Source: Candidatus Magasanikbacteria bacterium RIFCSPHIGHO2_01_FULL_41_23
GTDB lineage: Bacteria; Patescibacteriota; Patescibacteriia; Magasanikbacterales; UBA922
Assembly (NCBI GenBank): GCA_001782805.1
Contig: MFPT01000004.1
Location: 41,294 to 105,293, forward strand
Reading direction: 5' to 3'
DNA: 64,000 nucleotides
Shown: piece after piece, positions 1 to 8,447 of the stretch
Position numbering within the stretch: the first letter of the stretch is position 1
How the letters are laid out: the number at the start of each line of letters is the position of its first letter
Translations under genes and position numbers: made by a program
The notes under the pieces: model-generated
Database searches by the model: none
What the model saw: only the letters and a program-made list of their open reading frames with translations
Told to the model about the DNA's origin: nothing

Positions 1-232
1 CAGCAATCTTTTTGGGGTTAGTCGCGGCCGAAGCGGTTAAATACACGCCTTTTACTATTTTACGCGCCGGCTTTTCACGAATTAAATCCGCCGATTCATC
101 GGCAAACGGAGCCGGATCATTTGATTGAGCATTCGTTTTATACAACCCTTCAGCTTTGCTCAGGGCAAAGAAAAATCCAGCGAATGCAATAACGCCAATC
201 AAAAAAAATACGTACGCGCGAGATTGTTGCAT
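1..232 (-). CDS. Hypothetical membrane-anchored protein (N-terminal part only; gene continues beyond window start)
   Basis: Reverse-strand ATG at 232 gives MQQSRAYVFFLIGVIAFAGFFFALSKAEGLYKTNAQSNDPAPF... with a TM helix right after the start. No stop is reached before position 1. Confidence 0.5.
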   Translation of the reverse strand, partial: MQQSRAYVFFLIGVIAFAGFFFALSKAEGLYKTNAQSNDPAPFADESADLIREKPARKIVKGVYLTASAATNPKKIA

Positions 233-241
233 ATTTAAATA

Positions 242-844
242 TTATAACACAATCAATCCCTGCCGCAGGATTTTTATATGATTGTCAAGCACTTGGACTA
301 CGGTTGATGGCAATTGTAACGGCAAATCACCCGCGTCTATGACCGTATCCGGTTTTGTTTTCCCTTGACCAAGCGAATTAATTATTTGCTCAACGCGATA
401 GGGATTTTCACCTCCGGAAAAATTTGCTGAAGTTGAAACGATTGGATTATTAAATTCCTGAAGGATATTCGTGATTAATGGATGACTGGAAACTCGAAAC
501 GCCAAAGTATTATCCGCACCAATAATTCCGGCCGGCCATTCTCGGGAATTTTTTGCTTTCGCGACAATCGTCAATGCTCCGGGCCAATGGTCTAAAGCCA
601 ATTTTTCAATTATTTCATTCCATTCAATAAATGTTTTTACTTCGCCGATAGAAGACGCCAGCATCAACATTGGCTTTCCTGTTTCGCGGCCTTTGCTGGT
701 AAAAATTTTCACCACGGCTTCAGCATTCAAAGCGTCGCAACCTAATCCATAACATGTTTCGGTTGGATACACGATTGTTTTCCCAGCCTTTAATTCAACC
801 ACGATTTCTTGAATTACGACTTTTTCTCTTGGGATTATACGCAT
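242..844 (-). CDS. tsaC: L-threonylcarbamoyladenylate synthase, TsaC/YrdC/Sua5 family
   Basis: 200 aa. YrdC-fold motifs YPTETCYGLGCDALN, KGRETGKPMLML and SANFSGG. Confidence 0.85.
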   Translation of the reverse strand: MRIIPREKVVIQEIVVELKAGKTIVYPTETCYGLGCDALNAEAVVKIFTSKGRETGKPMLMLASSIGEVKTFIEWNEIIEKLALDHWPGALTIVAKAKNSREWPAGIIGADNTLAFRVSSHPLITNILQEFNNPIVSTSANFSGGENPYRVEQIINSLGQGKTKPDTVIDAGDLPLQLPSTVVQVLDNHIKILRQGLIVL

Positions 845-884
845 ATAACTATAATTTCAATATCGATTTAATAATAAATTTATT

Positions 885-1203
885 TTCTAAGTTTTAAGCA
901 AAATTCGTTTATCCTAAGTCTTAATCAAACTTCACTGATCCTCTTTTTTTCAACTGATAGTCTGACGGATTATGCATTCTCAGTAAGTCAATATACTCAG
1001 CTTTCAGAAAAAGAGGATTCAGTTCCAGTTTGTTTATTAGTATATTGGATGTTTCGCTGTTGCAATGCGAGACAGGGTTTAATCTTTGAAGCAAACTGGA
1101 GTGAGATCTTTTTCTCGATGCCCGAGCACGGTCGAGGGTCGAGAAAAACGGTCTCACGAAGTTTGCTTACGTGTTAGCAAAAAGGAATTTTTATTTTGAA
1201 TTC
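885..1203. repeat. Mosaic MITE-like intergenic repeat, copy A (TIR CTAAGTCTTAA[G/T]CAAA ... TTTGCTTACGTGTTAG)
   Basis: Shares long near-identical blocks with copies at 8050-8420, 24441-24800, 40362-40723 and 59590-59920 (inverted). Contains the imperfect hairpin tttttctcgatgcccgag...ctcgacc(c)tcgagaaaaa. Confidence 0.8.
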
Positions 1204-2117
1204 TTTAAAATGTTTAAAAATATTTTAAGGAATAGAAATATTTTATATGGTAATTTTCTAATCGGTAATTCAAAAGCTTGGCCGTGTGTTAAGCGCGTTC
1301 CCCCAAATCCGCTTTTAAATCGTGTAATTCCCGACCACGGATGATCTGCTTCGGCATTTTCCGGAGCCACGCCCCAAAAATCATAAATCTTGAATCCTTT
1401 TTCTTGAGCACGCAGAATCGCTGACCACTGTAATAAATACGGCGCCATAGTTTCCCGATGCGCGTTCGCGGACGCGCCATGCAGATATGTGTATGTTTCG
1501 CCATACTCAATAAAAATCGCGCTGGCCAATGGCTCATCATCCAAATAAACCGTGACTTGTTCAGTCAAATTACATGTCAACATTTTTTCATAATAATCAT
1601 TATTATGTGCGCCAAATTTATCGCGCCTGCTGGTTTCAGTCAGCAATTGATTAAAAACGATCGCATTTTTTTCCCAAGAAATAATTAAATTCTTTTTTTC
1701 CGCCAAACGAATATTATAGCGAGTTTTCGAGTGCATCTGAGTCAATAAATCTTCTTCCTTTTTATTTAAATCCAAAATCAGACTATGTTCTGGCTGTCGA
1801 TGTTTAACAACTTTTGCTTGTGAAGATAATGTTGGAAGTGCGGACAATGATTCAATTCTTATAAAAACAATTTTATTTTCCTTTTTGACAAATTCAACTA
1901 ATAATTCATAATCAGTTACAGCCAAATCAGCCTGCGGAATATACCAAAAAACGCCAACAAGCAAACGATGAACAAAAATTTGCACCGGTTTATCATTAAC
2001 CAAAAACCGCCGTGGCGTATTCCCCACGCTTGCCTGAAATTCTCCCCATTCCCAAGATTGCAAAAAACTCTTGGAACACGGCCATTCTGGCTTATCAAAA
2101 ATCTCAATAATGGACAT
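1191..2117 (-). CDS. FemAB-family peptidoglycan interpeptide-bridge aminoacyltransferase
   Basis: 308 aa with FemABX-type GNAT-like fold signatures (YLHGASANAHRETMAPYLLQW). The 3' end and stop codon lie inside repeat A. Confidence 0.7.
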   Translation of the reverse strand: MSIIEIFDKPEWPCSKSFLQSWEWGEFQASVGNTPRRFLVNDKPVQIFVHRLLVGVFWYIPQADLAVTDYELLVEFVKKENKIVFIRIESLSALPTLSSQAKVVKHRQPEHSLILDLNKKEEDLLTQMHSKTRYNIRLAEKKNLIISWEKNAIVFNQLLTETSRRDKFGAHNNDYYEKMLTCNLTEQVTVYLDDEPLASAIFIEYGETYTYLHGASANAHRETMAPYLLQWSAILRAQEKGFKIYDFWGVAPENAEADHPWSGITRFKSGFGGTRLTHGQAFELPIRKLPYKIFLFLKIFLNILKNSK

Positions 2118-2224
2118 ATCTAACGGATAGAATACTCCTCCGACAAGCTCAGGACAAGCCCTTGATTTCCTTTGGCAACTAGGTTATACTCGTTTTATTG
2201 TTTTAAAATTTATTAAATTATTGT

Positions 2225-2434
2225 ATGGGTCTTCCCTCAAAAAAACGCACCAATCGTTCCAAACGCGATCGCGCTTCGCATTTTGCACTTAAACCAACGA
2301 CGATCCAGACTGATGCCAGTGGCAATCCGCATTTGCCGCATCATGCCACCAAAGCCGGATCATATAATGGCCGCACCGTGGCCACCAAAGCAGTCAAACG
2401 CGCGGCACGCCGACTGCGCAAACCTTCGGTCTAA
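2225..2434 (+). CDS. Small very basic protein (69 aa); possibly a divergent ribosomal protein L34-like peptide
   Basis: ORF KKRTNRSKRDRASHF...ATKAGSYNGRTVATKAVKRAARRLRKPSV has a pattern reminiscent of L34 (KRT..R.R..HGF...ATK.GR.V...RRAKGRK) but with an insertion. Sits immediately upstream of nusB. No clear SD. Confidence 0.3.
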   Translation: MGLPSKKRTNRSKRDRASHFALKPTTIQTDASGNPHLPHHATKAGSYNGRTVATKAVKRAARRLRKPSV

Positions 2435-2437
2435 CTT

Positions 2438-2890
2438 ATGTCCAAACGGCATTTGGCTCGATCGGTTATCATGCAATCCCTATACCAATGGGATTTTAAG
2501 GATAAGCCAACTGCGGCCATACCCGCGATTATTGAACAAGTAATGTTGGAATTTGGCGCGGGAATTGAAGATACCAAAGACTATATTGTCAAAACGATCA
2601 GCGGAATTTTGGATAATGTTGAAAAAATAGATGATATTATAAAACAATACGCGCCCAATTGGCCGATTTCTGAAATGTCTATTGTTGACCGCAACATTTT
2701 GCGTCTGGGAGTTTTTGAACTTAAATTAAACGATCATATCCCTCCAAAAGTCGCGATTAACGAAGCCATTGAACTGGCCAAAAGTTATGGCGGTCCGTCA
2801 TCGGGAAAATTTATAAATGGTATTTTGGGCGGGATGTATAATGATATGCCGCATTCTGATGTCAGCCTCGCTGAACCGACCAAAGAATAA
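2438..2890 (+). CDS. nusB: Transcription antitermination factor NusB
   Basis: 150 aa. N-terminal [11 protein letters not shown] motif and size typical of NusB. Confidence 0.85.
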   Translation: MSKRHLARSVIMQSLYQWDFKDKPTAAIPAIIEQVMLEFGAGIEDTKDYIVKTISGILDNVEKIDDIIKQYAPNWPISEMSIVDRNILRLGVFELKLNDHIPPKVAINEAIELAKSYGGPSSGKFINGILGGMYNDMPHSDVSLAEPTKE

Positions 2891-2911
2891 TAATTCGCGC
2901 TCACTACTAAT

Positions 2912-3673
2912 ATGCCAATCACTAGTTATTTGGAAAAAAAATTCCCGGCTCTGGAAAAAAAAATTGGCGTTGCTTTTCGCAATCCGGATTTGTTGGTGCA
3001 AGCATTGGTGCATCGGTCATTTTTAAATGAAAATAGAAATTTTCCTTTGGCGCACAATGAACGACTGGAATTTTTGGGTGACGCGGTGCTGGAATTAATC
3101 GTCACTGAATTTCTGTTTGAAAATTATCTTAATCCCGAAGGTGAATTGACGAATTGGCGCGCGGCTTTGGTAAATGCGAATATGTGCGCAGTCGTGGCGC
3201 AAGAAATTGATTTGGAACCATATCTTTTTTTGAGTCATGGCGAATCCAAAGACGCCAACACTAAAGCACGCGGATATATTTTGGCCAATGCACTTGAAGC
3301 AGTGATTGGCGCAATTTATTTGGATCAAGGATCGGAAATAGCCAAACAATTCGTCACTCGTTGGGTTTTGACCAAATTGCCGGAAGTTTTGGAACTTGGT
3401 TTATGGATGGATCCCAAATCGCGCTTTCAGGAAGGCGCGCAAGAAGTGGTGGGAATCACGCCAACATATCGAGTTCTCAAAGAAGAAGGTCCGGATCATG
3501 AAAAAAATTTCGTCATTGGCGTATATCTGGGCAAAGAAAAAGTCGCGGAAGGATTTGGCACGAGCAAACAAGAAGCGCAAACTGATGCCGCGGAAAAAGC
3601 CTTGCGTATCAAAGGCTGGAAAGGCCCGAAAGTTGATATTATAACCAGAACACAAACCGATCCAATTGGTTAA
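2912..3673 (+). CDS. rnc: Ribonuclease III
   Basis: 253 aa. RNase III catalytic signature ERLEFLGDAVLEL, plus a C-terminal dsRBD region. Confidence 0.9.
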   Translation: MPITSYLEKKFPALEKKIGVAFRNPDLLVQALVHRSFLNENRNFPLAHNERLEFLGDAVLELIVTEFLFENYLNPEGELTNWRAALVNANMCAVVAQEIDLEPYLFLSHGESKDANTKARGYILANALEAVIGAIYLDQGSEIAKQFVTRWVLTKLPEVLELGLWMDPKSRFQEGAQEVVGITPTYRVLKEEGPDHEKNFVIGVYLGKEKVAEGFGTSKQEAQTDAAEKALRIKGWKGPKVDIITRTQTDPIG

Positions 3674-3697
3674 AATTACAAATTTAAAAAAAGATAC

Positions 3698-3770
3698 GGG
3701 CCGGTAGCTCAGCTGGTAGAGCAGATCCCTCTTAAGGATAAGGTCCTGGGTTCGATCCCCAGCCGGCCCA
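3698..3770 (+). tRNA. tRNA-Lys (anticodon CTT)
   Basis: Manually folded cloverleaf: acceptor GGGCCGG/CCGGCCC, D-arm GCTCAGCTGGTAGAGC, anticodon loop CTCTTAA, T-arm CTGGGTTCGATCCCCAG, discriminator A. No encoded CCA. Confidence 0.8.
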
Positions 3771-3776
3771 CTAAAA

Positions 3777-3851
3777 GCTCCTGTCGTTCAACGGATAGGA
3801 CAACAGCCTTCGAAGCTGTATATGGGGGTTCGATTCCCTCCGGGAGCACCA
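3777..3851 (+). tRNA. tRNA-Arg (anticodon TCG)
   Basis: Cloverleaf: acceptor GCTCCTG/CGGGAGC, anticodon stem ACAGC/GCTGT with loop CTTCGAA, T-arm GGGGGTTCGATTCCCTC. CCA is encoded. Confidence 0.75.
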
Positions 3852-3893
3852 TTCGACTCGTCCATACGTTCCTTCGCTCATGGTAAACCATTT

Positions 3894-5645
3894 TTATTCC
3901 ACTGCAATCGGATCAACTGTAAATGAAATCAAATCATTGGTTTCAGCATCCGTAGCCTTAACTGAAATTGGTCCAGTATAATTCTTTTGATTGGAATTGG
4001 AATCTGATTTATTAAATATTAAGCCAAACTCCATCGCCAACAAATCCAGACTCGTCGGCATTTCTTTAATTGTCCAGACAACTTCATTTCTTTCTTCGGA
4101 AAAAACGACATTACCTGCGGGAACATTAAGTTTTTGTTCATCCCAAGATACATTACCCAGGAGTGTCGTGCTTACGGTCACATTTTTCAAATCATGAAAA
4201 CTATTGGTGAGCAAAAAGGAAAAATTACTAAGATCCAAATCACTGGAGACACTTGCTTTCAAGCTTAAATCAGATAAAATCTTCACAACTACCGGATTGG
4301 TAGTAGCCAGTACTTCGCCATTACTGCGAATTTCACCCCAAACAGTCACTGTACTCGTACTAAAATTAACCAGACTGGTGTTGTCGCCATCTTTAATGGG
4401 CAATGAAATATTAAATATTGATTTTCCGCCATTGGAAAAATCATTAAGTTGGCTATTGGGTTCATTTCCCCAAAAAATAGTACCACGACGAACGAACTCG
4501 TTTATTTGTTCGCCTTTAACAGCGCCATTGTTATGATCAATTAAATTCTGCCAATCCAAAATACTTTTTTTCTGATAGCTGGGCGCTTCAATGTATAAGA
4601 CCGCGGTCAAATTCGGATATATGGTATCACTTGAATTTTGAAAAGAAATTTGAATCGGGAGTTTTTGACCCGGACGAATAGTAACTTGTTCGGCATTTCC
4701 AAACATTGTGGCCGAAGCACTGATCGTCGACGAGGTTAAGGTAAAATTTGTTTCGGTTTGAGAGTAAACAAATTTTTTATGCAAAACTTTAGTCACAAAA
4801 TTAGGATTGATATTTCCACCGGAAAACAGGCCGTGAATGGTAAAAGTAGTCATAGTCGTTAATTTAGGTAACGTCCAACGAAACAAATCAGGTTCATCCG
4901 GCTTGGGGTTGATTTCCTGAGCGAAAAAACTTTGATCCGGTTGAAGCGCAACAATCACCGGTTCAGTAAACGGATAAATTGGCTGAACCGTAAATGAAAG
5001 TGTGGTTGGAACATTCGCGTTAAAAACTGTTGGCTGATTCCAAATAATAGTGGCGGCCGGAATACTGGCCACTGTTTGAAAATTGGCGACTTTTTCAAAT
5101 ACTGAATTGAAATTACCCGGAGTATATGACAAAACCGCAGTTAGTGTTGATGTGGCAAATTGATCAACCAATAATCGACCACTCAAAATAACCGTGCCGC
5201 CTGATCCGGCGGGAATACTTCCCAAAACAATCGTTGAACGTTCACCCAAAACTGTGGGCGAACTGCTTACAAATACAAAACCCCGCGGATATTGAAAACT
5301 CAAACTGGCATGAGCAATGGGCAAGGCTTCCGCATTTCGATAACGCACCGTGTAGGTAATCGTATCACCCGAAGCTATTATTGAGGGAGCTTCAACACTA
5401 ACTGAAATTTGATCATTATATACTAAATTTGGCGTGGCGTATCGCCATACAACCCAGCCCAAAATTCCCAATCCGCAAAAAACAAAAAAACAAGTCAACA
5501 AACGCCAAAACCAGATGCCGTTTGAGCGATCAAACGTTTTCATGTCCGGCATACTGCCATCGGAATTTTCATAAATCTTGCGCAAATTTTCCTCGATCTT
5601 ACGCGGCTCGGACACGGTTATTTTTTTTGATTTTGAACGAGACAT
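3894..5645 (-). CDS. Large bitopic surface protein (short cytoplasmic N-terminus, one TM helix, ~500-aa Thr/Ser/Asn-rich extracytoplasmic beta-rich region); function unknown
   Basis: 583 aa. TM helix WFWRLLTCFFVFCGLGILGWVVW. No recognisable catalytic motifs. Confidence 0.6.
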   Translation of the reverse strand: MSRSKSKKITVSEPRKIEENLRKIYENSDGSMPDMKTFDRSNGIWFWRLLTCFFVFCGLGILGWVVWRYATPNLVYNDQISVSVEAPSIIASGDTITYTVRYRNAEALPIAHASLSFQYPRGFVFVSSSPTVLGERSTIVLGSIPAGSGGTVILSGRLLVDQFATSTLTAVLSYTPGNFNSVFEKVANFQTVASIPAATIIWNQPTVFNANVPTTLSFTVQPIYPFTEPVIVALQPDQSFFAQEINPKPDEPDLFRWTLPKLTTMTTFTIHGLFSGGNINPNFVTKVLHKKFVYSQTETNFTLTSSTISASATMFGNAEQVTIRPGQKLPIQISFQNSSDTIYPNLTAVLYIEAPSYQKKSILDWQNLIDHNNGAVKGEQINEFVRRGTIFWGNEPNSQLNDFSNGGKSIFNISLPIKDGDNTSLVNFSTSTVTVWGEIRSNGEVLATTNPVVVKILSDLSLKASVSSDLDLSNFSFLLTNSFHDLKNVTVSTTLLGNVSWDEQKLNVPAGNVVFSEERNEVVWTIKEMPTSLDLLAMEFGLIFNKSDSNSNQKNYTGPISVKATDAETNDLISFTVDPIAVE

Positions 5646-5652
5646 AAAAAAA

Positions 5653-8019
5653 TTAATAAATGGAATTTTGACTCATGACTACGCCAAACAATTCGTCTGT
5701 AGTTAATGTATCTGCCCAACGCAAACCGTTTGTACCAATTTCCGCATCATCGCGATTCCGCCATATCGGCGACCAGCCGTCCGGATAAATAATTTGTGTG
5801 GAAAAATTACTGTTGGTTCCGGATTGTTTTTGTACCAAAAGACTGTATCGTGATGGTGGCGCGGTTACAAAAAAAGGCAATTTGTAAGTAAACCAAACTT
5901 CAGTATCCTCACCGGCTTTGGTAGTGATCCAATTACCAAACACAGTTTTGTTAAATTCATTGGTAATGCGCGTTCCGCTACCGACATGAAAACCACGCTC
6001 AGTTTCATGAGTCTTTAAATCCTCGTCGTCAGTGTACCATTTTTCCGGAACCTTAAATGACTCTTCTTCCGGATAGACAAAACCACTGGCATTTATAATT
6101 TCTGCTCCTTCCGGAACATAAACGCGGACATAACTATTGTTGGGACGACCATAAAGCGCATCACTGGGATTACCGCTATGTTTACGGCGAATAATAACCG
6201 TGTCAACAATGCTTCGATCAGGTTGAACGACAGCTTGATGCTCAATTTCATCGGTAATCCGCGCGTCACTTTTGGCGCCGCCCAAATTAGTATTAACCAC
6301 CATTAGATAATCCTGTGTTGGCAACGTGGCAGTGATTTCTCCAGTCCATCCCAATTCGGAAAATTTCTTTTGCGCGGCGGAATCTACGGTATAAATCTGA
6401 ATTTCTTTTTGCGTCAAGGCCGTGCCAAGTTCACTGACCAATGAAATTATTTGTCCGGAATTTATGACTCCGGCATTATTAATTAATTGATGAAACACAT
6501 CGCCAATTATGGCCTTTGGGCGATTCAAAGCCTTATCCTCGCCAGTCTCAACTTCGGTTTGCAATTTTTCCAGAGCATCAGCCGCGGTTAATTGCAATTG
6601 ATAATGATCATTTTGAAGTGGACCGATTACCTTTAAAATCCGTTCCAGAACCGAAGCATTGACCGCAATCACTCCATCAACGGTTGAGTCACGACTATGT
6701 TTATAAAACCAAGCGATTTTTTGCGCTGAAGCGGGAAAATCCGGAAACCAATTCGCATCCTGAAATTCCCAACGAGGATTGGCGATTTGTAATGGTAATG
6801 GCGGTTTGACAAACGTATCCAGCTGGCCTTGCAAATCATAACTGCCTCCCGGCGGCACTTCCAAATTCATGATCTTGCCACGTTGAACATCAAGTATGGC
6901 CATGCTGCCAATAAAACCACCGGTCGGACGCAATTCATGATGATTTTGAAACACCAATAAATAACGTCGCGGAGAATCGCTTCCGAGCACTGTTTCCAAT
7001 CCGGTTATAACCGAAGTCATTTTTTGCAAATCACCAATCAAACCGGCAAACAGCACTTTAAAATCAGCAAAAGAATTTTGATATTCAACCGGCAATGTTT
7101 GGGATTTGACTTGTGCTAATTCCATGAGCGCGTTTTGATACTGCGGCACAGCGCCACGAATATGAATTTTTAAAATATTCATGCGTTCCAAAAAATCAGC
7201 TTTACTGGAAGATGCCGCTGCCTCACCAATCCCTTTAACCAAATACGTATTACCAAGCGCGACCATATGTCCGGCCGCCAAAATATGCTGACGACTGACA
7301 ACTTTTTCGCCAACAACCGGTAAAATACTGGCGATATAAATAAGAGCACGATGCTCTTTTTCAATCATGGCTTCAACATTGCCAAATGAATTAAGGGCAA
7401 CGTTCAAATCAAGCTGAGCTTGGGGTAAATTAGTGGCCAAAGCCGCGGCTGTGGATGATTGCAAAGACAAAAAAGCATTCACGCTTTCACTAACCAAATA
7501 ATTGCTATCGTGACGTAATTTTTGATAATAAGAAAATGCCGGATATGGCACAAGCAACAGAACAACGAGTGCGAATGCGGTCCAGACAAAAAAACGAAGT
7601 TCAAGACGAGCACAAAATTCGATATAGCTTGCCGCGATTCGTTTTAAAAAAGATTTTTTTGAGACGATGTCACTGGATTCTGAGTCAATATCTTGATTTG
7701 GTTCAGCTTCATTGCGATTGGCTTTTTTGACTAAGCTGGCAAAATCAATGACAACACGTTTGGGTTGTTCTGGAGTAATTTCGGAAAAAATCGGAAAATT
7801 TAACGGTGAATTGATGGATTTTTTTTGACTAAGCGTCACAACATGAGCTGATTGTCGTGGCTTCCTGGAAAAATGTACGGGGACATGTGTCGCGCGAATC
7901 GCCCGAGCTTCGGCTACTGGACAATCTGTTTTTATATGCCCAATTTTTTGGCAAACTGAACATGGGCGATTAATCGCTGTTTTGTTTTTTAACGATGATG
8001 TATTTTTTTTATAATTCAC
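5653..8019 (-). CDS. Large bitopic membrane protein with N-terminal cytoplasmic CCHC zinc knuckle and a large extracytoplasmic domain (DUF4012-like, from memory)
   Basis: 788 aa, GTG start. CSVCQKIGHIKTDC matches C-X2-C-X4-H-X4-C. TM at ~residues 135-160. Downstream motif ELRPTGGFIGS. Confidence 0.6.
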   Translation of the reverse strand: MNYKKNTSSLKNKTAINRPCSVCQKIGHIKTDCPVAEARAIRATHVPVHFSRKPRQSAHVVTLSQKKSINSPLNFPIFSEITPEQPKRVVIDFASLVKKANRNEAEPNQDIDSESSDIVSKKSFLKRIAASYIEFCARLELRFFVWTAFALVVLLLVPYPAFSYYQKLRHDSNYLVSESVNAFLSLQSSTAAALATNLPQAQLDLNVALNSFGNVEAMIEKEHRALIYIASILPVVGEKVVSRQHILAAGHMVALGNTYLVKGIGEAAASSSKADFLERMNILKIHIRGAVPQYQNALMELAQVKSQTLPVEYQNSFADFKVLFAGLIGDLQKMTSVITGLETVLGSDSPRRYLLVFQNHHELRPTGGFIGSMAILDVQRGKIMNLEVPPGGSYDLQGQLDTFVKPPLPLQIANPRWEFQDANWFPDFPASAQKIAWFYKHSRDSTVDGVIAVNASVLERILKVIGPLQNDHYQLQLTAADALEKLQTEVETGEDKALNRPKAIIGDVFHQLINNAGVINSGQIISLVSELGTALTQKEIQIYTVDSAAQKKFSELGWTGEITATLPTQDYLMVVNTNLGGAKSDARITDEIEHQAVVQPDRSIVDTVIIRRKHSGNPSDALYGRPNNSYVRVYVPEGAEIINASGFVYPEEESFKVPEKWYTDDEDLKTHETERGFHVGSGTRITNEFNKTVFGNWITTKAGEDTEVWFTYKLPFFVTAPPSRYSLLVQKQSGTNSNFSTQIIYPDGWSPIWRNRDDAEIGTNGLRWADTLTTDELFGVVMSQNSIY

Positions 8020-8049
8020 AATTAAATTTGAAAAAATACTTTTTTTCTG

Positions 8050-8420
8050 AATCTTAAGAAAAATTCTTCTTTGCTAAATCTTAAGCAAATTTCATTCGTA
8101 CTAACTCTTAAGCAAAATTCGACGATATCCTTTTGTTCAACTGATAGTCTAACGGATTATGCATTCTCAACAAGTTATCATACTCAGCTTTCAGCAAAAG
8201 TATATTCGTCTCCATTTTGCTTATTAGTTTAGTCGAATGTTTCGCTGTTGCAATGCGAGACAGGGTTTAATCTTTGAAGCAAACTGGAGTGAGATCTTTT
8301 TCTCGATGCCCGAGCCTGTTTACCCTAAGCTTGTCGAAGGGTCGAGGGTCGAGAAAAATGGTCTCACGAAGTTTGCTTACGAGTTAGCAAAGAGGAATTT
8401 TTATTTTAATTTCCTTAATG
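8050..8420. repeat. Mosaic MITE-like intergenic repeat, copy B (TIRs CTAACTCTTAAGCAAA / TTTGCTTACGAGTTAG; three tandem half-sites at left end)
   Basis: Near-identical to copy C over ~170 bp and to copy A over the hairpin module. Ends with ggaatttttattttaatttccttaatg, shared with the groESL spacer element. Confidence 0.85.
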
Positions 8421-8447
8421 CAATTTAATAAATTATACCACAAAATT

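Noticed and set aside
921-1157. 78-aa ORF (minus) and similar ORFs 8237-8428 (+) and 8384-8566 (-) inside the mosaic repeats
   Set aside because: They lie wholly within multicopy non-coding repeats. The reading frames are not conserved between copies (indels and module swaps shift frames), and the sequences are low-complexity.
3709-3891. 60-aa minus-strand ORF overlapping the two tRNA genes; likewise 32204-32443 over tRNA-Leu
   Set aside because: These span well-formed tRNA cloverleaves, and the sequence is better explained as tRNA.
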